27,023 nucleotides of DNA from contig JBHLJY010000028.1 of assembly GCA_048887225.1 (NCBI GenBank), positions 1 to 27,023 on the forward strand, written 5' to 3'. The position numbers were made by a program, and so were the translations under genes. This document shows, in pieces, positions 1 to 9,063 of this stretch. Source of the DNA: Candidatus Hodarchaeota archaeon (GTDB lineage Archaea > Asgardarchaeota > Lokiarchaeia > Sigyniarchaeales > SOKP01). Below the pieces are notes generated by a model. That model was not told the DNA's origin. It searched no databases and worked only from the letters and a program-made list of their open reading frames with translations. Position 1 is the first letter of the stretch, and every line of letters begins with the position of its first letter.

Positions 1-558
1 ATTTTTATTGGAATCATATATATCTCTAAAATCAATGAGAAAAAAGGTGTAAAAACAGCAATGATGCATTCCATTTTCTGGCAAGGCGTTGGTTTTCTTA
101 TAGTGGGATCAATGCCAGGTATTTGGTGTGTGATTGGATTTTTCTTTTTTGGTATTAGTGTTTTCGGAACTTTAACGTTATTTAACGCTGCATTTGGAGA
201 AGTATGTGATGAGGATGAATTAAAAACTGGTACGCGCCGAGAAGCCGCAATTTTTGGAACAAATGCCTTGATAACGAAACCAGCGGAGTCTTTAGCTGCT
301 ATATTTATCGCTTTAATGCTATTACTATTTCTCTATCAAGAACCTATAGGTGGAGTACAGCAAACTCAGTCTGATTTTACAGTATTAGGTATTAGGATCG
401 CCATGGGAATAGTACCTGCTATTGTCGCATTTTTAGCAATGCTAATTTTCAGTTTCTCACCTCTTCATGGAAATTATCTTAAAGAAATTAAAGAAACCCT
501 CAATACTAAGCACGAAGAGAAAAAACAGAAATTAAAGGCAAAAATTTTAAAGAAATAA
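1..558 (+). CDS. MFS transporter, GPH (MelB-like) family, 5'-partial
   Basis: Frame is open from base 1. Multiple TM helices, plus GPH-type motifs 'GEVCDEDELKTGTRREAAIFG' and 'QSDFTVLGIRIAMGIVP'. Confidence 0.85.
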   Translation: MFIGIIYISKINEKKGVKTAMMHSIFWQGVGFLIVGSMPGIWCVIGFFFFGISVFGTLTLFNAAFGEVCDEDELKTGTRREAAIFGTNALITKPAESLAAIFIALMLLLFLYQEPIGGVQQTQSDFTVLGIRIAMGIVPAIVAFLAMLIFSFSPLHGNYLKEIKETLNTKHEEKKQKLKAKILKK

Positions 559-609
559 TATAACTTTTTTTTATTCTTTTTCTTGATTTTACTTATTAAT
601 AAAAAGCCA

Positions 610-654
610 AATTTTCTTCCTCTAAGTCCTATCAATCAGAGGCGGAGGAAATTG
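610..654. terminator. Imperfect hairpin between convergent genes
   Basis: AATTTTCTTCCTCT ... AGAGGCGGAGGAAATT can form a bulged stem. It lies between the MFS gene (+) and the ligase gene (-). Confidence 0.3.
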
Positions 655-751
655 TTTTTGTCTTTTACAATTAAATTAATCATTAATAAAAAATACTCCG
701 CAACTGTTAGAGAAGAAAATGAATGGACTACAGTAATAGTAGCAGCTGTTT

Positions 752-2710
752 TTATAATATAGTTTTTTTATTATTATTGTTTTTAGATATTTTATTATGC
801 ATTCTATTTTCAGCAGCTATTAAAATCTCTCTAAGCATTTCTTGATATGTAAGACCAGCGTATTTAGCCATTTTAGCAAGATGTCCATCCCAGCACCATC
901 CAGGATTAGGATTTACTTCTAAAAGTTTAGGGTTCCCTTCAGCATCAAGTCTCCAATCAAATCGCGCATAATCTTTACATTCTAATCTTTCAAATAATTT
1001 TAAACTACAAGTCTCGATTATATTTTTTGTTTTTTCAGGAAGCGCAGCTGGAATTGATTTAATGTTCCAATAAGGAGATTCTGGCAGCCATTTTGCTTCA
1101 TATCCACATATTTTAGGTAATTCGGGGGGTAAGGCAGAATAATCATCTTCGGATATAGGAAGGATTTTATATTGGTTAGGAGGATTTCCAATAATTCCTA
1201 ATGATAAATCTTTTCCTGTAAGGAATTGTTCAACGATTATAGATTGATCATAACCAAACTTACTTCTAATTTCATTTATTGCATCAATTAATTCCTCACC
1301 ATTACGAACAACACACCGCTGAGTGATACCAAAACTAGAATCACCAAAATTAGGTTTAACAATTGCGGGAAAGTATAAAGGTAAATCAAAAATATTTTCA
1401 TCAGGTTTAATAAAAATGGCTTCGGGTACAGGAATTTCCATTTCTTTAGCTATACCTCGAACGAGCGATTTATCATAACAAAATGCAAGACATTGTGGAC
1501 CAGCACCAGTATAAGGAATATGGAGAATATCTAATAAAGCTGGAATATGCAATTCATTTCTAGCATTATTATAATATCCTTCATCGCAGAGATTAAAGAC
1601 ATAATCAATTTTCCCATTCATATTTAATAAATCAGTCATTAATGAATCGTGCTTTGTTAAATAGGTAAAATTATAGCCTTTTATAGTTGTTAAAGCATTC
1701 TTTAATTGATCAATTGTATAGAAATCATCATCATCGAAAACAGTAGCGGGTTTTAATACATCTGGTTTATTCGGATCACCCATAATAACAACTACTTTTT
1801 TTTCTGCTTTTTGTGTGGTTTTTTTTGCAGTTGACCATTGTTTTTTAACAATAGCACTAATAATAAGCCGTTTTTCCATCATGCCCAGATCTTGGTTTCT
1901 CTGGGAATTCGGTGTAAAATTACCATGAAAGACAATCTCACTGAAACCTGCGTTTACTAATAAATCATTAATCTTCTTTTCTGAATAGAGTCTTTCAGCA
2001 TAAAATTGATCTACTAAAACACCATTATTAACATGGCTAATAACTTCTCTTGAAATAAGTCGCTGCTTGTCCAGAGAAAGAGAACGTTCTCTACATACAT
2101 AATGTTCTCTATCAAGCCATTCCCAAGAACGAGATTGGAAATTCTTTTTTAAATATTCTCCATCAGCCAAGTCAATTAAAATATGCCCCCAAGGTTTTAA
2201 GACTCGAAAAACTTCTTTTAATATCTTAAGATCATCTTGAATCGAGTCAAAGTATCCAAAACTATTTCCTAAAATCATTACGAAATCAAAAGAATCAGCA
2301 GGATAACGAAGCCGCCTAGCATCTCCCTCTAGAAATCTTACAGAGAGGTTCTTTTTCCTGGCAGTCTTTTTTGCTTCCTGAATAAGGAAACGAGATTTAT
2401 CAAGACCCTCTACTCTATTAAAGCCTCTTTTTGCCAATTCTAAGGAATGCCTACCATGTCCACAGCATAAATCTAAAATTTTATGATTGTATTGGAGATT
2501 AAGAATTTTTGAGAAGATATCAATTTCAGTAGATGTAATATTTTCATCATTTATAACATCTCCATCAGTTTTTAAATAATAAGAATTGAAAAGATGGTTC
2601 CACCAATCTCTCCTAACATACTCTTCCAAATTTGATACCGGACCTAAGCTTCGAAAAAGAGAATCATTATTTTTGCTTTTTCTCTTGTTATTAACTATTA
2701 TATTATTCAT
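752..2710 (-). CDS. Class I SAM methyltransferase fused to a D-Ala-D-Ala-ligase-like ATP-grasp domain
   Basis: N-half has 'ILDLCCGHGRH', 'FLEGDAR' and 'GNSFGYF'. C-half has 'IPYTG', 'DKSL', 'IVKPNFGDSSFGI', 'IVEQFLTG', 'YARFDWR' and 'LEVNPNPG'. Confidence 0.9.
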   Translation of the reverse strand: MNNIIVNNKRKSKNNDSLFRSLGPVSNLEEYVRRDWWNHLFNSYYLKTDGDVINDENITSTEIDIFSKILNLQYNHKILDLCCGHGRHSLELAKRGFNRVEGLDKSRFLIQEAKKTARKKNLSVRFLEGDARRLRYPADSFDFVMILGNSFGYFDSIQDDLKILKEVFRVLKPWGHILIDLADGEYLKKNFQSRSWEWLDREHYVCRERSLSLDKQRLISREVISHVNNGVLVDQFYAERLYSEKKINDLLVNAGFSEIVFHGNFTPNSQRNQDLGMMEKRLIISAIVKKQWSTAKKTTQKAEKKVVVIMGDPNKPDVLKPATVFDDDDFYTIDQLKNALTTIKGYNFTYLTKHDSLMTDLLNMNGKIDYVFNLCDEGYYNNARNELHIPALLDILHIPYTGAGPQCLAFCYDKSLVRGIAKEMEIPVPEAIFIKPDENIFDLPLYFPAIVKPNFGDSSFGITQRCVVRNGEELIDAINEIRSKFGYDQSIIVEQFLTGKDLSLGIIGNPPNQYKILPISEDDYSALPPELPKICGYEAKWLPESPYWNIKSIPAALPEKTKNIIETCSLKLFERLECKDYARFDWRLDAEGNPKLLEVNPNPGWCWDGHLAKMAKYAGLTYQEMLREILIAAENRMHNKISKNNNNKKTIL

Positions 2711-2808
2711 TTAAAATTACTATTTTATTTTTTTTTTTGTTTTATTTTTATAATTTGATTTTTTCAATAATTAAAAAAAAATTAATTTTTTATGCAAACT
2801 TTCGGTAA

Positions 2809-2906
2809 TTAATCATAGTATCCATCATTATCGTCATCCCAATCTTCATTATCATCCTTTTTTTCTTTTTTTTTGGTTCGGCAAAAATATCTCTTTTTAG
2901 AGTCAT
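2809..2906 (-). CDS. Putative ~32-aa basic/acidic micropeptide requiring a -1 shift in a poly-A tract
   Basis: SD-like GAAGTGA upstream of ATG at 2906. Frame 0 reads MTLKRDIFAEPKKK. The -1 frame continues EKKDDNEDWDDDNDGYYD*. The unshifted frame gives a 38-aa Met/Ile-rich ORF ending at 2790. Confidence 0.45.
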
Positions 2907-3064
2907 ATTTTTCACTTCTTTTTAATTAATTATTAATTGTTAGAATAATTTTCATAGTATATAAATGTTTTCAAATGAAAACTTTAAATACAAAGATAAA
3001 CTATGTAAGATAAATTTTACCAATTTTTATTTATATTTTTAATCATCTTTGATGGTTAGTTAAA

Positions 3065-3625
3065 ATGACTAAGAAAAAGAGCAATTTTTTGGGATTTAGA
3101 TTAGGAGAAAACGAGATTAATAGGTTAGACTATATCGCAAAACTAGATAATAAATCGAGAAGTATGATCGCAAAACAAGCTGTAGAGAATTGGATAAACC
3201 TTGAATCCTTCCGAAAAACAAATAATATGTTCGTTATTACAAAGTCAATGTTTTTAAAACTGGTATCAATTGCGGAGGAAGATACTTTAAATGATTTAGC
3301 CGCTGAAATGGCTTATCTAATCGCAGATGTACTAAGATATGTTGTTATTAAACCGATAAATTCTAAAAGCTTTAATATTTATTCAAAAAACATTATAAAT
3401 TTGTTAGGTATTTCAGGAATAAGATGGTTTAATAGCCTTGATTTAAGTTTAAATGAAAGGAAAATAATTGTAAAAGGATTGCATGATTTAGATGATAATT
3501 TTGCTTACTTTTTTATAAAGGTTATATTGAACCTATTAGAGACCCATTTCAATTTTGATTTAAAGGAAATAGTTAAAGAATACTCCTCAAATTTAATATA
3601 TTTAGAATATCAGATTAAGGTATAA
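3065..3625 (+). CDS. Ribbon-helix-helix (CopG-like) DNA-binding protein with uncharacterised C-terminal domain
   Basis: N-terminal 'FLGFRLGENEINRLDYIAKLDNKSRSMIAKQAVENWI' fits the RHH pattern. Divergent from the peptide/ligase unit. Confidence 0.7.
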   Translation: MTKKKSNFLGFRLGENEINRLDYIAKLDNKSRSMIAKQAVENWINLESFRKTNNMFVITKSMFLKLVSIAEEDTLNDLAAEMAYLIADVLRYVVIKPINSKSFNIYSKNIINLLGISGIRWFNSLDLSLNERKIIVKGLHDLDDNFAYFFIKVILNLLETHFNFDLKEIVKEYSSNLIYLEYQIKV

Positions 3626-3688
3626 AATTCAAATTTAGTGATTGTATATTTCTATTATAATTCAAAATTAAATAAATTGAAATTACAA

Positions 3689-3895
3689 ATGAAATGTAAA
3701 TTATTTACTAGCAAAGAATTACAGAAATTGGAAGAAAGAATTAATATTTGGTTAGAAGAAAATCCAGAGATTCAAATTATTCATGTCGGTCAATCAACTC
3801 AGTTTTTAACTGAAAACTATCCAAGTCATACGATAATTTCGGTATTTTACGAAAAAGAGGGAAAAAAACCTTTAGAAAAAGACAGTTATATCTAA
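3689..3895 (+). CDS. Small hypothetical protein, Cse60/DUF2758-like
   Basis: 'KCKLFTSKELQKLEERINIWLEENPEIQII...ISVFY' resembles the Cse60 pattern. ATG 3689 is preferred over GTG 3638. Confidence 0.55.
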   Translation: MKCKLFTSKELQKLEERINIWLEENPEIQIIHVGQSTQFLTENYPSHTIISVFYEKEGKKPLEKDSYI

Positions 3896-3980
3896 AAAAG
3901 ATTCATTAAAATATAATCCTTAAATTAATCATTATTATTACTTAGAACTCCTTTAGAATTTTTTTAGAGGAGAATTAAAT

Positions 3981-4637
3981 ATGTCAAATATAGATGATAT
4001 TGAAAAAATAGCTCAAAATAATCTAGTTATTGCTAAAGAAGAAAAAACAGTAGCTATTGAAGCAAAGAAAGTTGGGAAATCAGAGATACAAAGAGCAAAA
4101 GCCAGAATATCTCTAGTAGAAAAAGAATTAGAATTGGTTAAAGTTAGAAATGACTTCAATGAAAAATATAATAATTTAATCAATAAAAAACAAAAATGTA
4201 AGGAATTACTTAATATTCCTAAAGAACTCATTGATAATGTATGCGAATCTATTGACTATTCGAAAAAAGTATCTAAAGTGCAAAAGAAAATCGCAGAGAT
4301 TCTTAAAAAAACTGCTGAAATTGAGATTGAAATAGCAGAGGATAAATTAAAGCTTGCAGATGAGACTATGACTATTGTGAATGAGAGAAATAAATTAGCT
4401 AAAATACAATTAAAATATGTTAAAGTCTATAGAGTAAATGCTCCAAAAGAAAAATTATCGAAGACAGAGAGAGAATTAACTTACCAACAAAAGGTTTTAA
4501 TTGAAGCTAGAGATAATGTCATCAATAGAACAAAAAATATTAAGAAAAAGGAGAATAAATTGGCTGATTTAAAAAGGGAACTATCGATTAAGTTAGCTGA
4601 ACGAGAGAAAATTAGACATACATCAATTGCAATATAA
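3981..4637 (+). CDS. Coiled-coil hypothetical protein
   Basis: 218 aa, K/E/L/A-rich and almost free of Pro and Gly. SD GAGGAG upstream. Confidence 0.7.
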   Translation: MSNIDDIEKIAQNNLVIAKEEKTVAIEAKKVGKSEIQRAKARISLVEKELELVKVRNDFNEKYNNLINKKQKCKELLNIPKELIDNVCESIDYSKKVSKVQKKIAEILKKTAEIEIEIAEDKLKLADETMTIVNERNKLAKIQLKYVKVYRVNAPKEKLSKTERELTYQQKVLIEARDNVINRTKNIKKKENKLADLKRELSIKLAEREKIRHTSIAI

Positions 4638-4684
4638 GAATTTTTACTTTAGAATAAAAAATTTAAAAATAATAATATAACAAA

Positions 4685-5332
4685 ATGGATTTTGAAGCAA
4701 TAATTGTATATCTAAGTCTAAGTGTATCAATTTTTGTACTTGTTTTTATTATATGGGATCATTTAAAAGATGATCGTCTATTAAAAAAGCAAGTACAGGA
4801 ATTTTATGAAGATATCGAGAAGCTAATTTACACCTACATTCAAATTGAATATTATCGTTCGATTGAATCAAGTAAAATCCAAAATGATGAATTAGAGAAA
4901 TTAGAGAAGTATAAAAACCATGATATTATACAGAATAGTTATATTCAGTTAAAAATAAGTCAGAATTTCACCAAATTCTCTAATTTTATTGGTTTAACTT
5001 TAAACAGAGAAAAAAATACATATTTAAATGGAACAATCTACATTTTAAATAAAAATGGATTAGTTCAGAAAAGAAACTTAGAGACTTATACTCAAAATAA
5101 TATTATTGATTCTTATCTTGATATAAAAGATAAGGAGATTTCTGATGTTTTAATTTATTTAAAAAGTCTGAGATTTTATTGGAAAAAAAATTATTTTAAA
5201 CTGCTATTTAGACCTACTCTGAAACAAAGAGTCAATTTTTTTGATTTATTAGGTTTTTCAAGTCCACTAGAACAAAAACGGAGTAAAAGAAGTAAATTAA
5301 TTATTAAAAAAAAACCTAATAATCTTGGATAA
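4685..5332 (+). CDS. Hypothetical protein with N-terminal TM anchor
   Basis: Hydrophobic residues ~5-24 followed by a soluble domain and a basic tail. Confidence 0.65.
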   Translation: MDFEAIIVYLSLSVSIFVLVFIIWDHLKDDRLLKKQVQEFYEDIEKLIYTYIQIEYYRSIESSKIQNDELEKLEKYKNHDIIQNSYIQLKISQNFTKFSNFIGLTLNREKNTYLNGTIYILNKNGLVQKRNLETYTQNNIIDSYLDIKDKEISDVLIYLKSLRFYWKKNYFKLLFRPTLKQRVNFFDLLGFSSPLEQKRSKRSKLIIKKKPNNLG

Positions 5333-5585
5333 TAACTTTCATATCTAATAAAAAAAATAATTGTATCAAGCTTATTTAAATTAAATAAAATAAATTTATC
5401 AGAGCAAGAAAAGATTAGACATCAAAAATTCTAATTTTTTTTATTATTTCTTTAAATTCAAAGATATTATGTAAATTTAGGTTTAACAAAACCAATTCAT
5501 AATTTTTTAACTATAATGAAAATATTTAAATAAATCTCGAATAAATATTTAAAATGCTAATTTAATAAATAGGAAGTGAATTCAA

Positions 5586-6137
5586 TTGTCAAAAAGAATA
5601 AGTGAAAAAAATCTAAGAACCGCTAATATATTGTTAGGAATTACAATAATAACCATAGCAATTGTTGTATTATTATATTCTGTAGCTGCTGTAATTACTT
5701 TATTACTAATAATTTCAAGTGCGGTAATTATATTAGGAATCGCAAGATTAATAAATGGATATGCAAATGACAAGCTTGATAGTTCTGCAAAAATAATGAA
5801 AATTTTATCCGGGTTGATTGCCATTATATTTGGGGTAATAGTACTAATAAGTACATTAATAACACCACTAGTTGCAATTCAAATCCTGATTATACTTATA
5901 TGTATATTATTATTTATAATTGGTGTAGCGAGAGTATTTGTTGGCGCATTGACGACAGAATATTACAGTTGGTATCGAATCTTACTGGTAATTATTGGAA
6001 TCGGTGTTATTATATTATCGGTTACAGTATTTCTAAATTTAGATAAGAGTCATACTTTTTTAATTTTTTTGTTAGCAATTGCGATACTCCTCACCGGGAT
6101 TGCTCGTTTGATATTTGGAATAATCGGAACAAAATAA
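5586..6137 (+). CDS. HdeD/DUF308-family membrane protein
   Basis: Six TM helices in three repeats each containing 'GIARL/GVARV'. SD GGAAGTGA precedes the TTG start. Confidence 0.8.
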   Translation: MSKRISEKNLRTANILLGITIITIAIVVLLYSVAAVITLLLIISSAVIILGIARLINGYANDKLDSSAKIMKILSGLIAIIFGVIVLISTLITPLVAIQILIILICILLFIIGVARVFVGALTTEYYSWYRILLVIIGIGVIILSVTVFLNLDKSHTFLIFLLAIAILLTGIARLIFGIIGTK

Positions 6138-6169
6138 ATCATTAAAAAAAAATCTGAATTTATTAAATA

Positions 6170-7240
6170 TTAAAACCATTTTTTTTTCTTAAAATATAAC
6201 AGCATTAAAAATGCTATGGATATCATCACTATTATTACAATTGGATAAGCCATAGGATGTTGGAGTTCAGCCACGTAAAAATTCATTCCATAAAAACCTG
6301 CTAAGAATGATAATGGGATGAAGATTGAAGTTATGATGGTCAATAAATTGATTATTTCGTTCATCCTTTGATTTATGCGTGATAAATAACTTCCATGCAA
6401 TGTTGTTAAAATATCTCGAAAATTTTCGAATGTATCAATGATCTGGATGATATGATCATAAAGATCTCTTAAGTATAAATGCGTTATTTCTTTTATAATT
6501 GGATTTTCTTCCCTTTGAAATGAATTAATAACTTCCCTTAGTGGTCTAATAAACCTTCTTAATGTAATGACTTCTCTTTCAAGATAATGAATTTTTTCTA
6601 TAAGCTCAGAATCAGGATTTTCTAATATTTTTTCTTCTATTAAATCTATTTTTTCACCGATTTTTTCCTGAATTACAAAATAATTGTCTATAATAACATC
6701 TAAAATTGTATAAACTAAATAATCCGATTTTTCTGAGCGAATCCGACCTCTTGATGCCTCCAATCTTTTTACAATAGGGTCAAAGATTTTGCTTTCTTGT
6801 TCCCTAAAAGTAATAACATATGTTTTTCCTAATAATAGACTTATTTGCTCACTTTGAATTAACTCTCTTTCCTCATCAAAAGATAACATCTTTAATACAA
6901 TAAAGATATATTGATCTAAATCTTCAATTTTTGGACGCTGTTCAGGATTCATGATGTCTTCTAAAATAAGCGGATGAATATCAAATTGTTTACCAAACTT
7001 ATCTATCATATCGACACGACTTAACCCATCGAGATTTATCCATCTTACGATATTTTCATCTTTATTGAAAAAATCTCTTTCTATTTCATCGTATTCATTA
7101 ACTTCGAGCAATTTTTGATTAAAATCAATAATTTTAATTTTCTCAATTTCTACTTTTTTTTCACCAGTAAATATAAGTGTACCTGGAGGCAATCCAACTT
7201 TTTTAGAGCGTTTTTTTATTTTTTTTATCATTTTAATCAT
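6170..7240 (-). CDS. corA: Magnesium/cobalt transporter CorA
   Basis: 'GLPPGTL' N-terminus, 'IHPLILEDI...QRPKIE', signature 'YGMNF', two C-terminal TMs ending 'KKKKWF'. Confidence 0.95.
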   Translation of the reverse strand: MIKMIKKIKKRSKKVGLPPGTLIFTGEKKVEIEKIKIIDFNQKLLEVNEYDEIERDFFNKDENIVRWINLDGLSRVDMIDKFGKQFDIHPLILEDIMNPEQRPKIEDLDQYIFIVLKMLSFDEERELIQSEQISLLLGKTYVITFREQESKIFDPIVKRLEASRGRIRSEKSDYLVYTILDVIIDNYFVIQEKIGEKIDLIEEKILENPDSELIEKIHYLEREVITLRRFIRPLREVINSFQREENPIIKEITHLYLRDLYDHIIQIIDTFENFRDILTTLHGSYLSRINQRMNEIINLLTIITSIFIPLSFLAGFYGMNFYVAELQHPMAYPIVIIVMISIAFLMLLYFKKKKWF

Positions 7241-7529
7241 TCACATAAGTGTTCTTCGAATAATAATCATATAACTAGTTTTGGCTTGTAAATTTTATAT
7301 AAAGAATAGGATTATTGAAGATTATATAATTATTTCGTTAGTAGAATCCAAAAAATTAAATTTCCTAATATGAAGCGATTATAATCTTACGAAACCATAA
7401 AAATAGAAGTGAAATAAAAATTAAAAAGTTGTTAAAAGAACAAAAAATCTTCATTAGCTGAAAGATTTAAATCAATATAATTTTTTATAATCATAATTAG
7501 TTAAAATTAAAAGACCCTGGGCGGTCTGA

Positions 7530-7769
7530 ATGTCAAATAATGATGAGGATATTTTTTCTTTTTTAAAACCTAAAAAAAAAGAATCCGATAAAAATTTAAC
7601 ACCAGAGCAAAAGCTTGCTAAGAACATTCAGAAGCGGATCTTTAAAGCATTCAAAGAAAGCATGATTGAATATGGAATGGATAAAGCCGAGGAATATTAC
7701 CCCATTTGGAAGGAGCAGATGGAGAATTGGAGGAAAAAAGTACATGATTGGTTTCGTAATCGGAAATAG
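7530..7769 (+). CDS. Small hypothetical protein
   Basis: 79-aa ORF with protein-like composition. TATA-like TTTAAAT upstream. Confidence 0.55.
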   Translation: MSNNDEDIFSFLKPKKKESDKNLTPEQKLAKNIQKRIFKAFKESMIEYGMDKAEEYYPIWKEQMENWRKKVHDWFRNRK

Positions 7770-7875
7770 TTCTATAAGAGTAAATGAAATCTCCTATGAA
7801 AATTATTTAAATTTATCATTTATACAAAGATTTTATAAATATAATTTGAATTATTAAGATTAGGAGTTTTTTTAA

Positions 7876-9018
7876 ATGACCACCGTAGTCGCTCTTTGCT
7901 ATTTTCACAGGAAAATCGGGCCCATTATGTTCTATTCGTATCCAGAAAATTCTTTAGACGAAGATTTGTCTTCTAAAATAGCCAGCGTAATGGACAAAAC
8001 ATTCGAAGAGGGCTTTTTTACCAGCTCACTTGGAACCGTTAATTGTATGAATTATTACTTCGAAATTACCTCAGATTGGGCTCGCGGAAACAAAGAAATG
8101 ATCATGATTTCAATCATGTTTTTCGACCAGCAAACAACGCAAGATACGGAATTGAGCGCGCACTCGCTATCCGAGGATTTTGTTAAAAGATTACAGTCCA
8201 ATGATGAAATTTTCACTGGTTTTTACGTTCGCGACCTTAATGACTTCGATGAAAATGAAAGAGATGAAGTGGCTAAAAATTATTCATTACTGAAATTGGG
8301 GGTAGAAGAGCTGTATTGGGATACCTTAGAAGAAACAAGAGAAAAAACTGAAGAAGAACAAATTGCGCGTCTGTTAAATAAAAGACACATGTTATCAACA
8401 TTAAGAAAATTGTCAAGAGGAACCATAACCTTAGAGGATCTGAAAGAATGGTTCACCGATAAATTTGCGAACGTAAACTTCGACGAAACGATTGATATCT
8501 TGGTCGAAAAACAGTTTATATTCGTAAATCAAATCGGATTAGTTGAAAAATACGTGATTCTGTTAAAAGAGGTAATTGCCAAGAGAATACCTCCAGATAC
8601 GGTTATCGATTACATCGACGAGATTCCAGAACTTATCGTTTCGCTACTTCCTAAAATTCAGGATTATTTTGACGAATACGATAACAAAACTAAAAAAGAA
8701 ATTAAAGAAGACTCTTTTACGCTTATTCAAATAGTTTCTGATGCCAAAAAATACAATGTGCTTTCTGAACTAAGAAATAGACCGATCCGAAAAGATGAGA
8801 TGCCAAAATTGGTATCAAGAAAAACTTTAGAAACGTTAATCGAAACCATTGATTATCTGAAAAAAGTCGACATAATCGAAGAAGTGAACATAAGTGATGA
8901 GAGTTATTTTGTTTTAAAGACGAACTTGCAAATAACCACAGCTTTTCCAGAATACCTGAGGAAAACGCTTTCGAAAGACCATTCGAAAAACTCGTTAAAT
9001 ATATCTCATTATAAATAA
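7876..9018 (+). CDS. Longin/uDENN-domain protein (folliculin/NPRL2-like) with probable C-terminal winged-helix repeats
   Basis: N-terminus 'VVALCYFHRKIGPIMFYSYP' and the motif 'YFEITSDWARGNKEMIMISI'. Two wHTH-like segments end 'IDILVEKQFIF' and 'IDYLKKVDIIE'. SD AGGAG upstream. Confidence 0.7.
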   Translation: MTTVVALCYFHRKIGPIMFYSYPENSLDEDLSSKIASVMDKTFEEGFFTSSLGTVNCMNYYFEITSDWARGNKEMIMISIMFFDQQTTQDTELSAHSLSEDFVKRLQSNDEIFTGFYVRDLNDFDENERDEVAKNYSLLKLGVEELYWDTLEETREKTEEEQIARLLNKRHMLSTLRKLSRGTITLEDLKEWFTDKFANVNFDETIDILVEKQFIFVNQIGLVEKYVILLKEVIAKRIPPDTVIDYIDEIPELIVSLLPKIQDYFDEYDNKTKKEIKEDSFTLIQIVSDAKKYNVLSELRNRPIRKDEMPKLVSRKTLETLIETIDYLKKVDIIEEVNISDESYFVLKTNLQITTAFPEYLRKTLSKDHSKNSLNISHYK

Positions 9019-9063
9019 TTGTTATTATAATACTAATGAGTATAAATTTATTCCAACAAAATT

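Noticed and set aside
752-2710. Assigning ddl (peptidoglycan D-Ala-D-Ala ligase)
   Set aside because: Archaeal context, methyltransferase fusion and absence of mur genes. The substrate is unknown.
7545-7583. DIFSFLKPKKKE in the 79-aa ORF resembling DIFAEPKKKE in the 2809-2906 peptide
   Set aside because: Short and driven by poly-A/Lys, so chance similarity is likely.
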